From an uncultured Actinomycetes bacterium (lineage in GTDB: Bacteria > Actinomycetota > Thermoleophilia > UBA2241): a DNA stretch of 64,000 bases. Both the position numbers and the translations under genes were made by a program. The notes beneath the pieces are model-generated. The model saw nothing but the letters and a program-made list of their open reading frames with translations. It searched no databases and was not told where the DNA came from. Position 1 is the stretch's first letter; each line of letters opens with the position of its first letter. The DNA is taken from the NCBI GenBank assembly GCA_963767005.1, contig CAVYCN010000007.1, positions 91,121 to 155,120 of the forward strand, written 5' to 3'. Positions 28,216 through 39,537 of this stretch are shown piece after piece.

Positions 28216-29036
28216 GGCGCGGCGGCGACGAGCTCGTCGAGGACGTCGGGCAGCGGCGCGTCGGTCTCGTCGCGCAGCTCGACGCGCGTGGGCAGCGCGG
28301 CGCCGGCGGCGCGGCGCAGGGCGTCGGGGGCGTCGGTGCGGGCGGCGATCGCCACCATGGCGATCGCCGCCCGCACCGACGCCCCCTTGCGAAAGCGCGG
28401 GTCGCTGCGTGTCGCCCTGGTCACGGCCACGGCCGCCTGCACGAGCTCGAGGTCGTCGCAGCCGGTCTCGCGGCGCACGATCTCGCTCTCTTCGTCGGCA
28501 TCCTGATAGTCGAGGCCGACGTGCTCGAAGCGATCGCGCAGCGCCTCGGACAGGTGCCCCGTGGCGATGTACTCGACCGGGTTCTGGGTGGCTACCACCT
28601 GAAAGCCGGGCGCCGCCCGCACGTCGCCGATGCGCGGCACGATCAGCAGGTGCTCGTCGAGCGCCGGCAGCAGCACGTTCTGCACGGCCTCGGGCATGCG
28701 GTTCAGCTCGTTCAGGAAGAGCACGGCGCCGGCGCGCATGGCCTGCACGAGGGGGCCGGCGAAGAAGGTATCCTCGGTGTAGCCCTGGGCCAGCACGAGC
28801 GGCGGGTCGAACCAGCCGGTGAGCTTGCTCTCGGAGTAGCGGTCGTCGCCGTCGACGCGCACCAACGACCGGCCGAGGTGCTCGCAGACGGCGAGCGCCA
28901 CCGTCGTCTTGCCCACGCCGACGGCGCCCTCGAGCAGCAGGTGGCGGCCGCTCTCGAGCACGGCCAGAGACATGGCGAGCTCGTCGTCGCGGCCGACGAT
29001 GCCGTGCGCGCGCTTGATCTCGGCGATGGGGCCCAC
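28203..29036 (-). CDS. MoxR-family AAA+ ATPase (AAA_5)
   Basis: HLLLEGAVGVGKT, LFLNELNR, VATQNP, LSEALRDRF, GASVRAAI. Probably leaderless (TATGCT 6 nt before GTG). Confidence 0.9.
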   Translation of the reverse strand: MGPIAEIKRAHGIVGRDDELAMSLAVLESGRHLLLEGAVGVGKTTVALAVCEHLGRSLVRVDGDDRYSESKLTGWFDPPLVLAQGYTEDTFFAGPLVQAMRAGAVLFLNELNRMPEAVQNVLLPALDEHLLIVPRIGDVRAAPGFQVVATQNPVEYIATGHLSEALRDRFEHVGLDYQDADEESEIVRRETGCDDLELVQAAVAVTRATRSDPRFRKGASVRAAIAMVAIAARTDAPDALRRAAGAALPTRVELRDETDAPLPDVLDELVAAAPKKA

Positions 29037-29073
29037 GACGGCAGCATACCGCAGGACCCGCGGCGACGCTCCC

Positions 29074-29418
29074 TCAGGCGGCGCCCACGACGATGCTGAC
29101 CACCATCACGGCGAGCACGGCGACGGTCACGGCGACGAAGCGCCAGTCGCGCGCCGCCGCGAAGGCCACGATCGAGCCGACGACGCGGATGAAAGGCGTG
29201 AGGATCAGGGCAAGCAGGCCGAGCGAGTAGAAGCCGGGCGCCCGCAGATGCGCGGCGGCGCGCAAGGCGGCCGGCGCTTTCAGGCTGAGGACCGTCAGGT
29301 CGCCGCGCCCCACCGCGGTGAGGACGAGGCCGACGAGCAGCAACGCCAGGCCCACGGCCACGCCCACGGCGAGCGTGTGGTGCACGACGCGGTCGACGTC
29401 TGCCGTGCGCGCGTCCAC
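29074..29418 (-). CDS. DUF1634 membrane protein
   Basis: LGLLALILTPFIRVV motif; directly follows TauE as is usual. Confidence 0.8.
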   Translation of the reverse strand: MDARTADVDRVVHHTLAVGVAVGLALLLVGLVLTAVGRGDLTVLSLKAPAALRAAAHLRAPGFYSLGLLALILTPFIRVVGSIVAFAAARDWRFVAVTVAVLAVMVVSIVVGAA

Positions 29419-30225
29419 CTACACCCCGATCGCCTTGAGAGCCATCTGCACGGCGAGCACGAGCAGCAAGACCTCGAACACCCGCCGCAGGACCGCCGCG
29501 CTCACATGGCCGGAGACCCGCGAACCGAGCTGGGCGCCGACCAGGATGCCGAGCGCGCTCGGCACGGCGTAGCGCGGCTCGACCAGGCCGCGGCCGAAGA
29601 AGATGAGCGCGCCGGTCGCGGCGGTCACCCCGATCATGAGGTTGCTCGTGGCGATCGCCGCCCGCAGCGGCACGCGCATGAGCAGGGTCATCACCGGCAC
29701 CTTGATCACGCCGCCGCCCACGCCGAGCAGCCCCGACACGTTGCCGGCCACGTAGCTCATGGCGAGGCCGGCCGGGACGTGGTCGACGCCGTAGGCGACC
29801 TTGTCGCCGCCGGGCTCGGTGAACGAGCCGGCCAGCACCGAGCCCGGCGTGGAGGGCAGCGGGTCGGCCGGCTTGCGCTCCATCGAGATCAGCACGTAGA
29901 CGAGTACCACGGTGAACACGGCGAAGATGAAGCGCCCGCTCACGAGGATGGCGGTCACGCCGCCGGTGAGCGCGCCGACCGTGGTCGCGACCTCGAGCGT
30001 CATGCCCAGGCGCGTGTTGGTAAAGCCGCGCGCCACGTAGACGATCTGCGAGGCCGACGAGGTGACGACGACGCAGACGAGGCTCGTGCCGATCGCGTTC
30101 TTGATCGGCACGTGCAGGAACAGCGTGAGGATCGGCACGATCAGCAGGCCGCCGCCCACCCCGAGCATGCTGCCCAGCATGCCGACGAGCACAGCGACGG
30201 CGACGAGCACGAGGAAGGTGGTCAT
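29419..30225 (-). CDS. TauE/SafE sulfite exporter family permease
   Basis: GSMLGVGGG, AIGTSL, SGLLGVGGGVIKVP, ATSNLMIGVTA. Confidence 0.9.
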   Translation of the reverse strand: MTTFLVLVAVAVLVGMLGSMLGVGGGLLIVPILTLFLHVPIKNAIGTSLVCVVVTSSASQIVYVARGFTNTRLGMTLEVATTVGALTGGVTAILVSGRFIFAVFTVVLVYVLISMERKPADPLPSTPGSVLAGSFTEPGGDKVAYGVDHVPAGLAMSYVAGNVSGLLGVGGGVIKVPVMTLLMRVPLRAAIATSNLMIGVTAATGALIFFGRGLVEPRYAVPSALGILVGAQLGSRVSGHVSAAVLRRVFEVLLLVLAVQMALKAIGV

Positions 30226-30285
30226 GACGGGAGCGAGTGTATCAGCCGCGTGGCGCGACCGGCCGTACGCGCGCCCTCCCCGCCC

Positions 30286-30774
30286 TTACGGCAACGGCCG
30301 GCAGTGCAGGAACAGCACGTCCCCGGCGAGGCCCTCGCACGTGCCGCGCAGCGAGAGCGTCTGGCCCACGCGCACTGGCTGAAGGGTCGACGAGTAGCGT
30401 GTCTCGAAGACGCAGTCGACGGTCCGCGCGCCCTTGGCCGACGACCCCGCGAGCACGACCTCGGGGGCCTGGAAGAGGGGGTCGGTGTCGACCTTGGTGA
30501 CCACCCCGTTGAGCGCGATCACCTTTCCCTTGTAGGTCCCGGCGGCCTTGACCGGGTGGCTGGCGAAGGCGCGGGACAGCGACGCCGCGCTGACCCCCAC
30601 GGGGCTGCCGGCCGGCGCCGGCGAGCCTGAGGCCGACGGACTCAAGGCCGCCGACCCGCAGCCGGCCGCGACCAGCAGAATGCCGGCCGCGACGACGGCG
30701 ACGACCACGACGCCGGCCAGGCCGGCGATCGTCGACGGACCGCGGGAGCGGCGACCGAGGGGCGACCGTCGCAA
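30286..30774 (-). CDS. OB-fold lipoprotein (tRNA_anti-like); start uncertain
   Basis: Hydrophobic stretch ending LVAAGC, then YKGKVIALNGVV and GQTLSLRGTCEG..L.HC. Confidence 0.6.
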   Translation of the reverse strand: MRRSPLGRRSRGPSTIAGLAGVVVVAVVAAGILLVAAGCGSAALSPSASGSPAPAGSPVGVSAASLSRAFASHPVKAAGTYKGKVIALNGVVTKVDTDPLFQAPEVVLAGSSAKGARTVDCVFETRYSSTLQPVRVGQTLSLRGTCEGLAGDVLFLHCRPLP

Positions 30775-30814
30775 GCTGTGCGTGGGCGATGCGTGCGCGG
30801 ACGATACCGGCGCG

Positions 30815-30854
30815 GGCGCGGCGCCCCCCTCCCCAAGGAGGGGGGCGCCGCGCC
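30815..30854. terminator. 18-bp hairpin downstream of the C45 hydrolase gene
   Basis: GGCGCGGCGCCCCCCTCC-CCAA-GGAGGGGGGCGCCGCGCC. Confidence 0.55.
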
Positions 30855-30907
30855 GGGCCCGTGCCCACGATCGCATCATGGCACCTTCGAGTCGGTCACC
30901 GCGCTCC

Positions 30908-32677
30908 TCAGAAACCGTACTCGAAGGGGATGTACGTGTGCAGTCCGAGGGTCGTCGGCTGTGTGGCCGGCGGCACGATGGCGTCGTAGACCTGCTCGGC
31001 GTGGGCCTGCGCGTCGGCGAAGCAGGTGGCCGCGTTGCAGGTGTCGAGCAGCTTCTCGTTGCCGCTCGCGCTGCCGGCCTCGGTCGTCCAGTTCGCGCCC
31101 TGGTCGTACTCGTAGGTGGCCTGGCTGAAGATGGTGTTGAGCGCCGCGAAGCTGGTGTCGCTGTAGCTCTTCCACATCAGCTTCTGGTAGGCCCAGGCGA
31201 CGTCGCGCTCGGCCGCGGACTGGGCGGCGCTCACCATCGCGTCGGGATCGGACGCGAGCGCGAGCTGGTAGAACGTATGGGTACCGGCGACCTCGTACAC
31301 GTCGTCCTCGGGCCCGGCCTCGTAGGGCAGCCCCACTCGCCCGGCCGAGCCGGTGCAGATGTACATGACGCCGCCGTCGCCGTCGGCCGGCTGGGAGATC
31401 GTGAGGAAGCCGGCGTTCAGGTTACCCGGGTTGCCGAAGTACTTGGCCTTGGTCTGCCGGTACTGCTGCAGGTTCCAGGGATCGGCCGGGATCACGCCGT
31501 AGTGGCGGAACATCATCTCGGCGAAGCTCAGGTCGACGTGCCCGGCGTACTCATGGAACATGTTGTACATCGTCTGGTTGGTGCGCACGCTGGCAAGCTG
31601 CATGTCGCTCTGGCTGTCGGGCGGGGCCGACATGTCGGGATCGAGCGCCCAGCCGCCGTGCGGGTAGAACTTGCCGGGCTTGCCGTTCAGGCTCGCCGCG
31701 CCGTTGGTGAAGAAGCAGTTGCGCGAGTAGATGAAATCGCCCTCGCCGAAGTCGCCCGGCTTGCGAACGGTCTGGAACGCGGCCGACGACTCGATCGTGA
31801 AGGCGTTGCCTTTGACGTCGGAGACCGTCATGTTCCAGATGCCCGACGGATGGAACGACAGCCACATGTCCCTGGCGTCGGCCGCGCTGTCGGCGAAACG
31901 CAGGATGTGCGGGATCAGGCCAGCCTTGAGACCGTATCCTGCCTGAGCGTAGTCCACGTCGCGCCAGGCGCCGCCGAGGTTGCCGCTCGTCGAGACGCCC
32001 TTGTCGTTGATGCCCGGCATGACCGGGATCGCCGCGAGCTGGCCGGGCTGCGTGACGTTGATGTAGGCGTTGCCGGTCGCCGGGTAGGCGACGATGGCGA
32101 CGTAGTCGTTGTTGCCGAAGTCGCCCCACGGCGGGTCCATCTCCTGGCCCGTGATGAGGCTGCCGTCGGTGGTCTCCTTGCCCCAGGCGGCCCAGGCCGA
32201 GCAGGTCGGCGGCAGGGTCTCACTCGAGCTGCCCGACGGCTCGGTCCCGGGATGGGCAGTGGTGCCCACGTAGTTGGCGAGCACCTCGGCGTACGACAGC
32301 GGCACGCCCGCATCGGTGGCCGCCTGCGCCATGCCCTTGAACATGTCGATGTACTCGGGCGTGTACTTCTCGATGTACCACTGGTAAGCCTTGAGCGCGA
32401 CGAGCTGCTGATCGCTGAAGCCCCCGGGCACCTGCATGGCCTTGAGGACCGAGCGGCCGAAGAGCTTGTCGACCTGCTGGTAGTATTGGAAGCCCATGTC
32501 GTAGTCGGAGCCCTGGAGCACGATCACCGGCAACACGCTCGGCGGCACCGCCAGGTCCGACCGCGGCACGGTCGGCTCCGCAGCGCCCGCCGGCGCGGCG
32601 CAAACCACGACCAGGAGACAGACACTCGCCAGTGCCACGGTCAGTCCCCACAGCCCGCGACGTCTCCCCTCACCCAT
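30908..32677 (-). CDS. Secreted C45-family (acyl-CoA:6-APA acyltransferase-like) Ntn hydrolase
   Basis: Signal peptide ending APAGA, LQGSDYDMGFQY, candidate autoproteolytic Cys in T-CSAWAAWG..T.DG..ITG, GINDKGV. Confidence 0.7.
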   Translation of the reverse strand: MGEGRRRGLWGLTVALASVCLLVVVCAAPAGAAEPTVPRSDLAVPPSVLPVIVLQGSDYDMGFQYYQQVDKLFGRSVLKAMQVPGGFSDQQLVALKAYQWYIEKYTPEYIDMFKGMAQAATDAGVPLSYAEVLANYVGTTAHPGTEPSGSSSETLPPTCSAWAAWGKETTDGSLITGQEMDPPWGDFGNNDYVAIVAYPATGNAYINVTQPGQLAAIPVMPGINDKGVSTSGNLGGAWRDVDYAQAGYGLKAGLIPHILRFADSAADARDMWLSFHPSGIWNMTVSDVKGNAFTIESSAAFQTVRKPGDFGEGDFIYSRNCFFTNGAASLNGKPGKFYPHGGWALDPDMSAPPDSQSDMQLASVRTNQTMYNMFHEYAGHVDLSFAEMMFRHYGVIPADPWNLQQYRQTKAKYFGNPGNLNAGFLTISQPADGDGGVMYICTGSAGRVGLPYEAGPEDDVYEVAGTHTFYQLALASDPDAMVSAAQSAAERDVAWAYQKLMWKSYSDTSFAALNTIFSQATYEYDQGANWTTEAGSASGNEKLLDTCNAATCFADAQAHAEQVYDAIVPPATQPTTLGLHTYIPFEYGF

Positions 32678-32712
32678 GTGACCCCCCTTGTCCTTGTGGC
32701 CGACGATCCGTT

Positions 32713-32752
32713 CGAACGCAATACGGTACGATATACCGAACGATGTACCGTA
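32713..32752. promoter_or_regulatory. Putative TetR operators between divergent genes
   Basis: TACGGTAC (32722-32729) and GTACCGTA (32745-32752) inverted repeat, with internal CGGTA-N5-TACCG palindrome. Confidence 0.55.
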
Positions 32753-32774
32753 ATTTACTGAGAGCCCCCTGAGA

Positions 32775-33413
32775 ATGTCAAGGGCCGGACGCCCCCGTGT
32801 CCACCTGCACCTGAGCCGCGAGGCGATCGCCCACGCCGGCCTCGCCCTGGTCGACCGCGAAGGGCTCGACGCCCTCACCCTGCGCAACCTGGCGCGCGAG
32901 CTTGAAGTCGGCACCACGACCCTGTACGGGCATGTGCGCACCCGCGATGAGATCGTCGCGGACGTCGTCGGCCTGCTGCTCGGCGAGGTCGACACCACTC
33001 CACACCCCGAGGAGAGGTGGGACGAGTCCCTGCGCCGCGTGGCGCACTCGCTGCGCAAGGTCGCCCACCGCCACCCCGCCGCCTTCACGCTCGTCGCCCT
33101 GGCGCCGGTCGACGAGGCGCCCGTGGTCGACTACGCACGCACCATGGCAGAGCTGAGTCGCGCAGGCGGCCTGAATGAGCAGCGCTTCATCGAGTCATGG
33201 CAGGTGATCGACGCCTTCCTGACCGGGTTCCTGCTCATGGAGACCGCGGCGCTCACGCGCGCCGCTCAGCGTGCGGGAGGCGACACCGGTCCGGCGACGA
33301 GTGACGAGTTCCGCCGCGGCATGGCCGAGGTCCACTCCGACGAAGCCTTCGCGGCGGCGCTCGAGGTGGTCATCGCCGGCATCCGCGCGACGCGCATCGG
33401 TCCGGCGCGCTGA
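32775..33413 (+). CDS. TetR/AcrR-family regulator (TetR_C type)
   Basis: LSREAIAHAGLALVDREGLDALTLRNLARELEVGTTTLYGHV. Confidence 0.9.
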   Translation: MSRAGRPRVHLHLSREAIAHAGLALVDREGLDALTLRNLARELEVGTTTLYGHVRTRDEIVADVVGLLLGEVDTTPHPEERWDESLRRVAHSLRKVAHRHPAAFTLVALAPVDEAPVVDYARTMAELSRAGGLNEQRFIESWQVIDAFLTGFLLMETAALTRAAQRAGGDTGPATSDEFRRGMAEVHSDEAFAAALEVVIAGIRATRIGPAR

Positions 33414-33500
33414 CGGCAAGGGGTCGCGGGTCGCCGCCCGCAGCGCGGCAGGCGTTCGGGCACAGCGGTCGTCTCCTGAGGAAGCGCGGCGTGTAGCGAC

Positions 33501-33586
33501 TGGTGCCGGAGGTGGGACTCGAACCCACACGGGCGCTGGCCCGGGCGATTTTAAGTCGCCGGCGTCTACCGTTCCGCCACTCCGGC
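33501..33586 (-). tRNA. tRNA-Leu(UAA)
   Basis: GCCGGAG acceptor stem, anticodon loop CT-TAA-AA, long variable arm, GTTCGAGTC T-loop, encoded CCA. Confidence 0.95.
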
Positions 33587-33614
33587 CCCGGCGGGGACCA
33601 GTATACGTCGCCGC

Positions 33615-34742
33615 TCAGCGACGACCGCGAGCCGGCGGCACGGTGAGCGCCCAGAACCCGAACCTGCCGGGCGCCGTGAGGTGGATCGTGGCCCAGGTCG
33701 CGCCGCCGTCGCGCGTCGCGAGCAGCGTCGAGAGGGCGGGGACCGCGGCCCAGGCACGCCGCGTGCCGGAGCTGGCGACCGCGGTCACGAGCACGTCCGG
33801 ACCGGCGTGCTTCTGGACCCAGGTCCGGCCGCCGTCGGTCGTCGCGAGGATCGTGCCCCGGTAGCCGACGGCCCAGCCGTGGAGCGGATCGGCGAAGGCC
33901 ACGCTGAGCAGGCCTTCGTAGCGGCCGTCGAGCTGCGTGGTCCAGTGCACGCCGCCGTCGCTCGTCGCCATGATGGCCGCGGCCGCGTACTCACGGCGCG
34001 TGTCCAGGTGAGATGACGAGCCGACGATCCAGCAGTGACGGGCGTCGGTCGCGGCGATCGCACCCAGCCCGGTGTTCGCCCCCTGGTAGACGACGCGCCA
34101 GCGCGCGCCGCCGTCGTCGGTCTTCAGGACGTAGACCAGGTCGGCGCCGGTGACTGCCGAGCCGCGACCGACGGCCCAGCCGTGGCGCACGTCGGTGAAG
34201 GTGACCCCGGCGAGGGCGACGTGATCGAGGGGCGCGTGCTGCGTGGTCCAGGTAAGGCCGCCGTCGATAGTACCCAGGATCAGCGGGTGGCCGCCCGACG
34301 TGAAGCCGACCACCCAGGCGTGGCGCGGGCCGCTGCAAGCGACGTCGGTGAGCGCCGTGTGCGCCTTGCGGTACTGGACCGTCCACGCGCGGCCGCCGTC
34401 GGTGCTCGCCACGATCTCGCCACGGTAACGGTCGATCGCCCAGAGGTGACGAGCGTCGGCCGCGGTCACGCGCCAGAAGAAGCCGCTGGTGGCGACAGTC
34501 GGCTGGAGCGCGGACGTCTGCCAGGCGGCGCCGCCGTCGGCGCTCGACAGGAGCAGGCCGGCGGCGCCGAGAACGTCGACCCTGCTGCCGGCCTCGGGCG
34601 ACAGTACGGGGCTCGGTGACAGCTTCAGGCCGGTCAGCACCAGGGGCTTCGAGGCCGGCTTGGCACCGGCGCCGCAGCCGGCCACGACCGTCGCCGCCGA
34701 AAGCAGGATGACCGCCACAACGGCCGCCCGGCGCCCCTTCAT
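33615..34742 (-). CDS. YCF48/BNR-repeat beta-propeller lipoprotein
   Basis: Lipobox VVAGC; repeated (S/T)xDGGxxW and HGWAVG motifs. Confidence 0.85.
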   Translation of the reverse strand: MKGRRAAVVAVILLSAATVVAGCGAGAKPASKPLVLTGLKLSPSPVLSPEAGSRVDVLGAAGLLLSSADGGAAWQTSALQPTVATSGFFWRVTAADARHLWAIDRYRGEIVASTDGGRAWTVQYRKAHTALTDVACSGPRHAWVVGFTSGGHPLILGTIDGGLTWTTQHAPLDHVALAGVTFTDVRHGWAVGRGSAVTGADLVYVLKTDDGGARWRVVYQGANTGLGAIAATDARHCWIVGSSSHLDTRREYAAAAIMATSDGGVHWTTQLDGRYEGLLSVAFADPLHGWAVGYRGTILATTDGGRTWVQKHAGPDVLVTAVASSGTRRAWAAVPALSTLLATRDGGATWATIHLTAPGRFGFWALTVPPARGRR

Positions 34743-34877
34743 GAACCGTCGTCCCTTCGAAAGTGTCGGAGTGAAACCCGGTCGGTCGAGCTCTCAGCCT
34801 CACGCATCATGCCGCACGTATCGGCCACACAGGGCCAGAAGACAAGGGCGGACGCAAGGGCGACAAGGCGACGCCGG

Positions 34878-35867
34878 TCACGGCGCGAGCGACAGGGCGG
34901 CGCCGTCGAGCAGGTCGGACTCGCTCACCTGCACGACATCGAGCGCGAACAGGCGGCAGACCTCGCGCGCCAGCAGCACGCCGGCCAGGATGACGTCCTC
35001 ACGCCCCTTCTGGATGCCGGCCAGGCGCCCGCGCGCGGCGCTCGGCATGCCGCGGAACAGCGTCTCCGCGGCCGCGAGGTCGGCGAGGGTCAGCTCGTGG
35101 CCGTGGACGAGGGCGCGGTCGTAGGCGCGCAGCGCGAGCTTGTGGGCGACCAGGGTGGTGAAGGTGCCGGCCAGGCCGACGCCGCGGCCAACCGGCGCGC
35201 GCACCGGCGCGGGCACGGCTGCCGCCAGCGTCGCCCGCACGAAGTCGCGGGCCGAGAGATACTGGGCCTCGGTCGGCGGGTCGGCCGCGAAGAAGCGTTC
35301 GGTCAGACGCACCACGCCCACGTCGAGGCTGCAGACGAACGAGGGTGCGGCGGCGGGCGGCGGCGGGCCGACGGCGAGCTCCACGCTGCCGCCGCCGATG
35401 TCGACGACGACGACCGCCGGGCGCTCGAGCGTCCGGCCGCCCGCGGTCGCTCTGTCACGCGCTGACTCTCTCGCGGCACCCGCGTCTTGCCGGCTCGCCG
35501 TCCCGGTGGCGGCGCCGGCGAACGACAGCCGCGCCTCCTCCTCGCCACTCAGGACCCGTGCCGGCACGCCGGCCAGGGCGGCCAGACCGTCGAGGAAGGC
35601 CGCGCCGTCGGCGGCGTCACGCAGGACGCTCGTCGCGACGAGCAGGCCGGCCTCGGGGGCAAAGGCGGCGATCGTGCGCCCGTAGCCCTCGACGCAGGCG
35701 CGCGTGCGACCGGCGGCGGCGGCGTCCAGCCGCCGCCGCCGGTCGACGCCCGCGCCCAGGCGCGTGACCGTGGTCTTGCGGGCGACGTCGCCCACCCGGC
35801 CGGCCTCGACGTGGGCGAGCAGCAGGCGCACCGAGTTGGTGCCGACATCGACGACGGCGACCTTCAC
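34878..35867 (-). CDS. ppx: Ppx/GppA exopolyphosphatase
   Basis: VVDVGTNSVRLL, TRLG, VLSGEEEARLSF, DIGGGSVE, GREDVILAG. Confidence 0.9.
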   Translation of the reverse strand: MKVAVVDVGTNSVRLLLAHVEAGRVGDVARKTTVTRLGAGVDRRRRLDAAAAGRTRACVEGYGRTIAAFAPEAGLLVATSVLRDAADGAAFLDGLAALAGVPARVLSGEEEARLSFAGAATGTASRQDAGAARESARDRATAGGRTLERPAVVVVDIGGGSVELAVGPPPPAAAPSFVCSLDVGVVRLTERFFAADPPTEAQYLSARDFVRATLAAAVPAPVRAPVGRGVGLAGTFTTLVAHKLALRAYDRALVHGHELTLADLAAAETLFRGMPSAARGRLAGIQKGREDVILAGVLLAREVCRLFALDVVQVSESDLLDGAALSLAP

Positions 35868-36418
35868 GCGCGGCTCTCCGGCTCGCAGGTCGGCGTGCAG
35901 CAGGCCGTGTCGCCGAACAGAGGGGCGGCGGCCGCGAGGACTTGCGCGCCCAGCAGGTAGCCCGGCCGCGCGAGGGCGTGGGCCGCGTGCGGGTGCAGGC
36001 ACTTGAGCGCCGCGGGGCGGCTCACGCCGCCGACGCCGGTCGCCAGCGAGGCGCCGCCGTCGCGGGCCGGCGCCGGGCAGAGCGCCGCAAGGAGCCGCCG
36101 GCGGCGGCGCTCGTAGGCGGTCGCCGAGGCGAGCGAACGGCGCAGCGCCGGGTCGGCGGCGGCAAGGGCCGCGAAGCGGCGCACGCCGCCGCCGCTCTCG
36201 AGGGCGGAGACGGCGGCGACCAGAGCGGGGCAGGTCGCCCAGAACAGCGTCGGGAACGGCCGGCCGGCGGCGTCGTAGGGCAGGTCCTCGACCACGGCCG
36301 GCGCGCCCCACGGGCAGCGGGCGACGACGCGGCGGAAGGGGTGCGGCGTGCGGCCGAGCTGGGCGGCGACGCAGTCTCGGTCCCGCGCGGCCGACGGCCG
36401 TGCCGGCGGCGGCGTCAC
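35864..36418 (-). CDS. DUF501 family protein
   Basis: QLGR, RCPWG, PFPTLFWATCP, LKCLH; conserved eno-divIC-DUF501-ppx context. Confidence 0.9.
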   Translation of the reverse strand: MTPPPARPSAARDRDCVAAQLGRTPHPFRRVVARCPWGAPAVVEDLPYDAAGRPFPTLFWATCPALVAAVSALESGGGVRRFAALAAADPALRRSLASATAYERRRRRLLAALCPAPARDGGASLATGVGGVSRPAALKCLHPHAAHALARPGYLLGAQVLAAAAPLFGDTACCTPTCEPESRA

Positions 36419-36909
36419 CGCCTGAGGGTGTGCCAGAGGTCGACGAGGCGCGCCAGCAGCGAGGGCGACTCGAGCGCGGCGGCGCGGCTGCTCGGCGCGG
36501 GCGTCGTCTCGTCCCGCGGCAGCCCCTTGACGACGAAGGCCTGCATGTCGGCCGGCACGAGCTGGTACTGCTCGCGGGCCTCGCGGGTGATGAAGTCGCG
36601 CGTGTGCATCTCGGCGATCTGCGTGTGCAGCGCCTTGTTCTGCGCCTGGGCCTGGGTGAGGGTGGCCACCTGGCGGTCGTAGCGGTCCTGCTGGGCGAAG
36701 AAGGCGCGCAGCGGCGACACGAACAGCCAGGCGGCGAGCAGCAGCAGCACGAGCGCGGCCAGGCGGAGCGGGCGCAGCTCGACGGGGGCGCGGCGGCGGG
36801 CGCGGGCGACGTCGTCGCCCGCGCCCGCCGCCGCGCCGTCCGCAGCCGGACGCGCCGCGCGAGCCGTGCGGCGCGCGCGGCGCTCAGGTTCGTGCCTGCT
36901 TTGACCCAT
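36415..36909 (-). CDS. FtsB/DivIC septum formation initiator
   Basis: Single TM, coiled coil and REAREQYQLV motif; lies downstream of eno. Confidence 0.8.
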   Translation of the reverse strand: MGQSRHEPERRARRTARAARPAADGAAAGAGDDVARARRRAPVELRPLRLAALVLLLLAAWLFVSPLRAFFAQQDRYDRQVATLTQAQAQNKALHTQIAEMHTRDFITREAREQYQLVPADMQAFVVKGLPRDETTPAPSSRAAALESPSLLARLVDLWHTLRR

Positions 36910-37044
36910 GTCGCCTAGTTCGCGCGCCCGCGGCCGCTTCCTGCCCTCGCGCCGGCGACACTCCCCGCGCCCCGGGCCACTGAGGCCGGGCCCGGCGGGC
37001 ACGCCGCTACGGCCTCGCCGGGCGCGGGTGCCCTCCGCGTGGCG

Positions 37045-39494
<2,450 letters not shown>

Positions 39495-39537
39495 CGGCAG
39501 TGCCCTGCGGAGCTCGCTCCGCCGGTCGCCGCGTCCG

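Noticed and set aside
30286-33500. Integrative island at the tRNA-Leu 3' end
   Set aside because: No integrase, and I found no duplicated tRNA 3' end (att site).
33501-33586. bldA-style regulation through tRNA-Leu(UAA), given TTA codons in the PilB fusion (18789) and SPFH gene (26866)
   Set aside because: Essential rpoA also has an in-frame TTA (63774-63776), so this tRNA cannot be dispensable as in Streptomyces.
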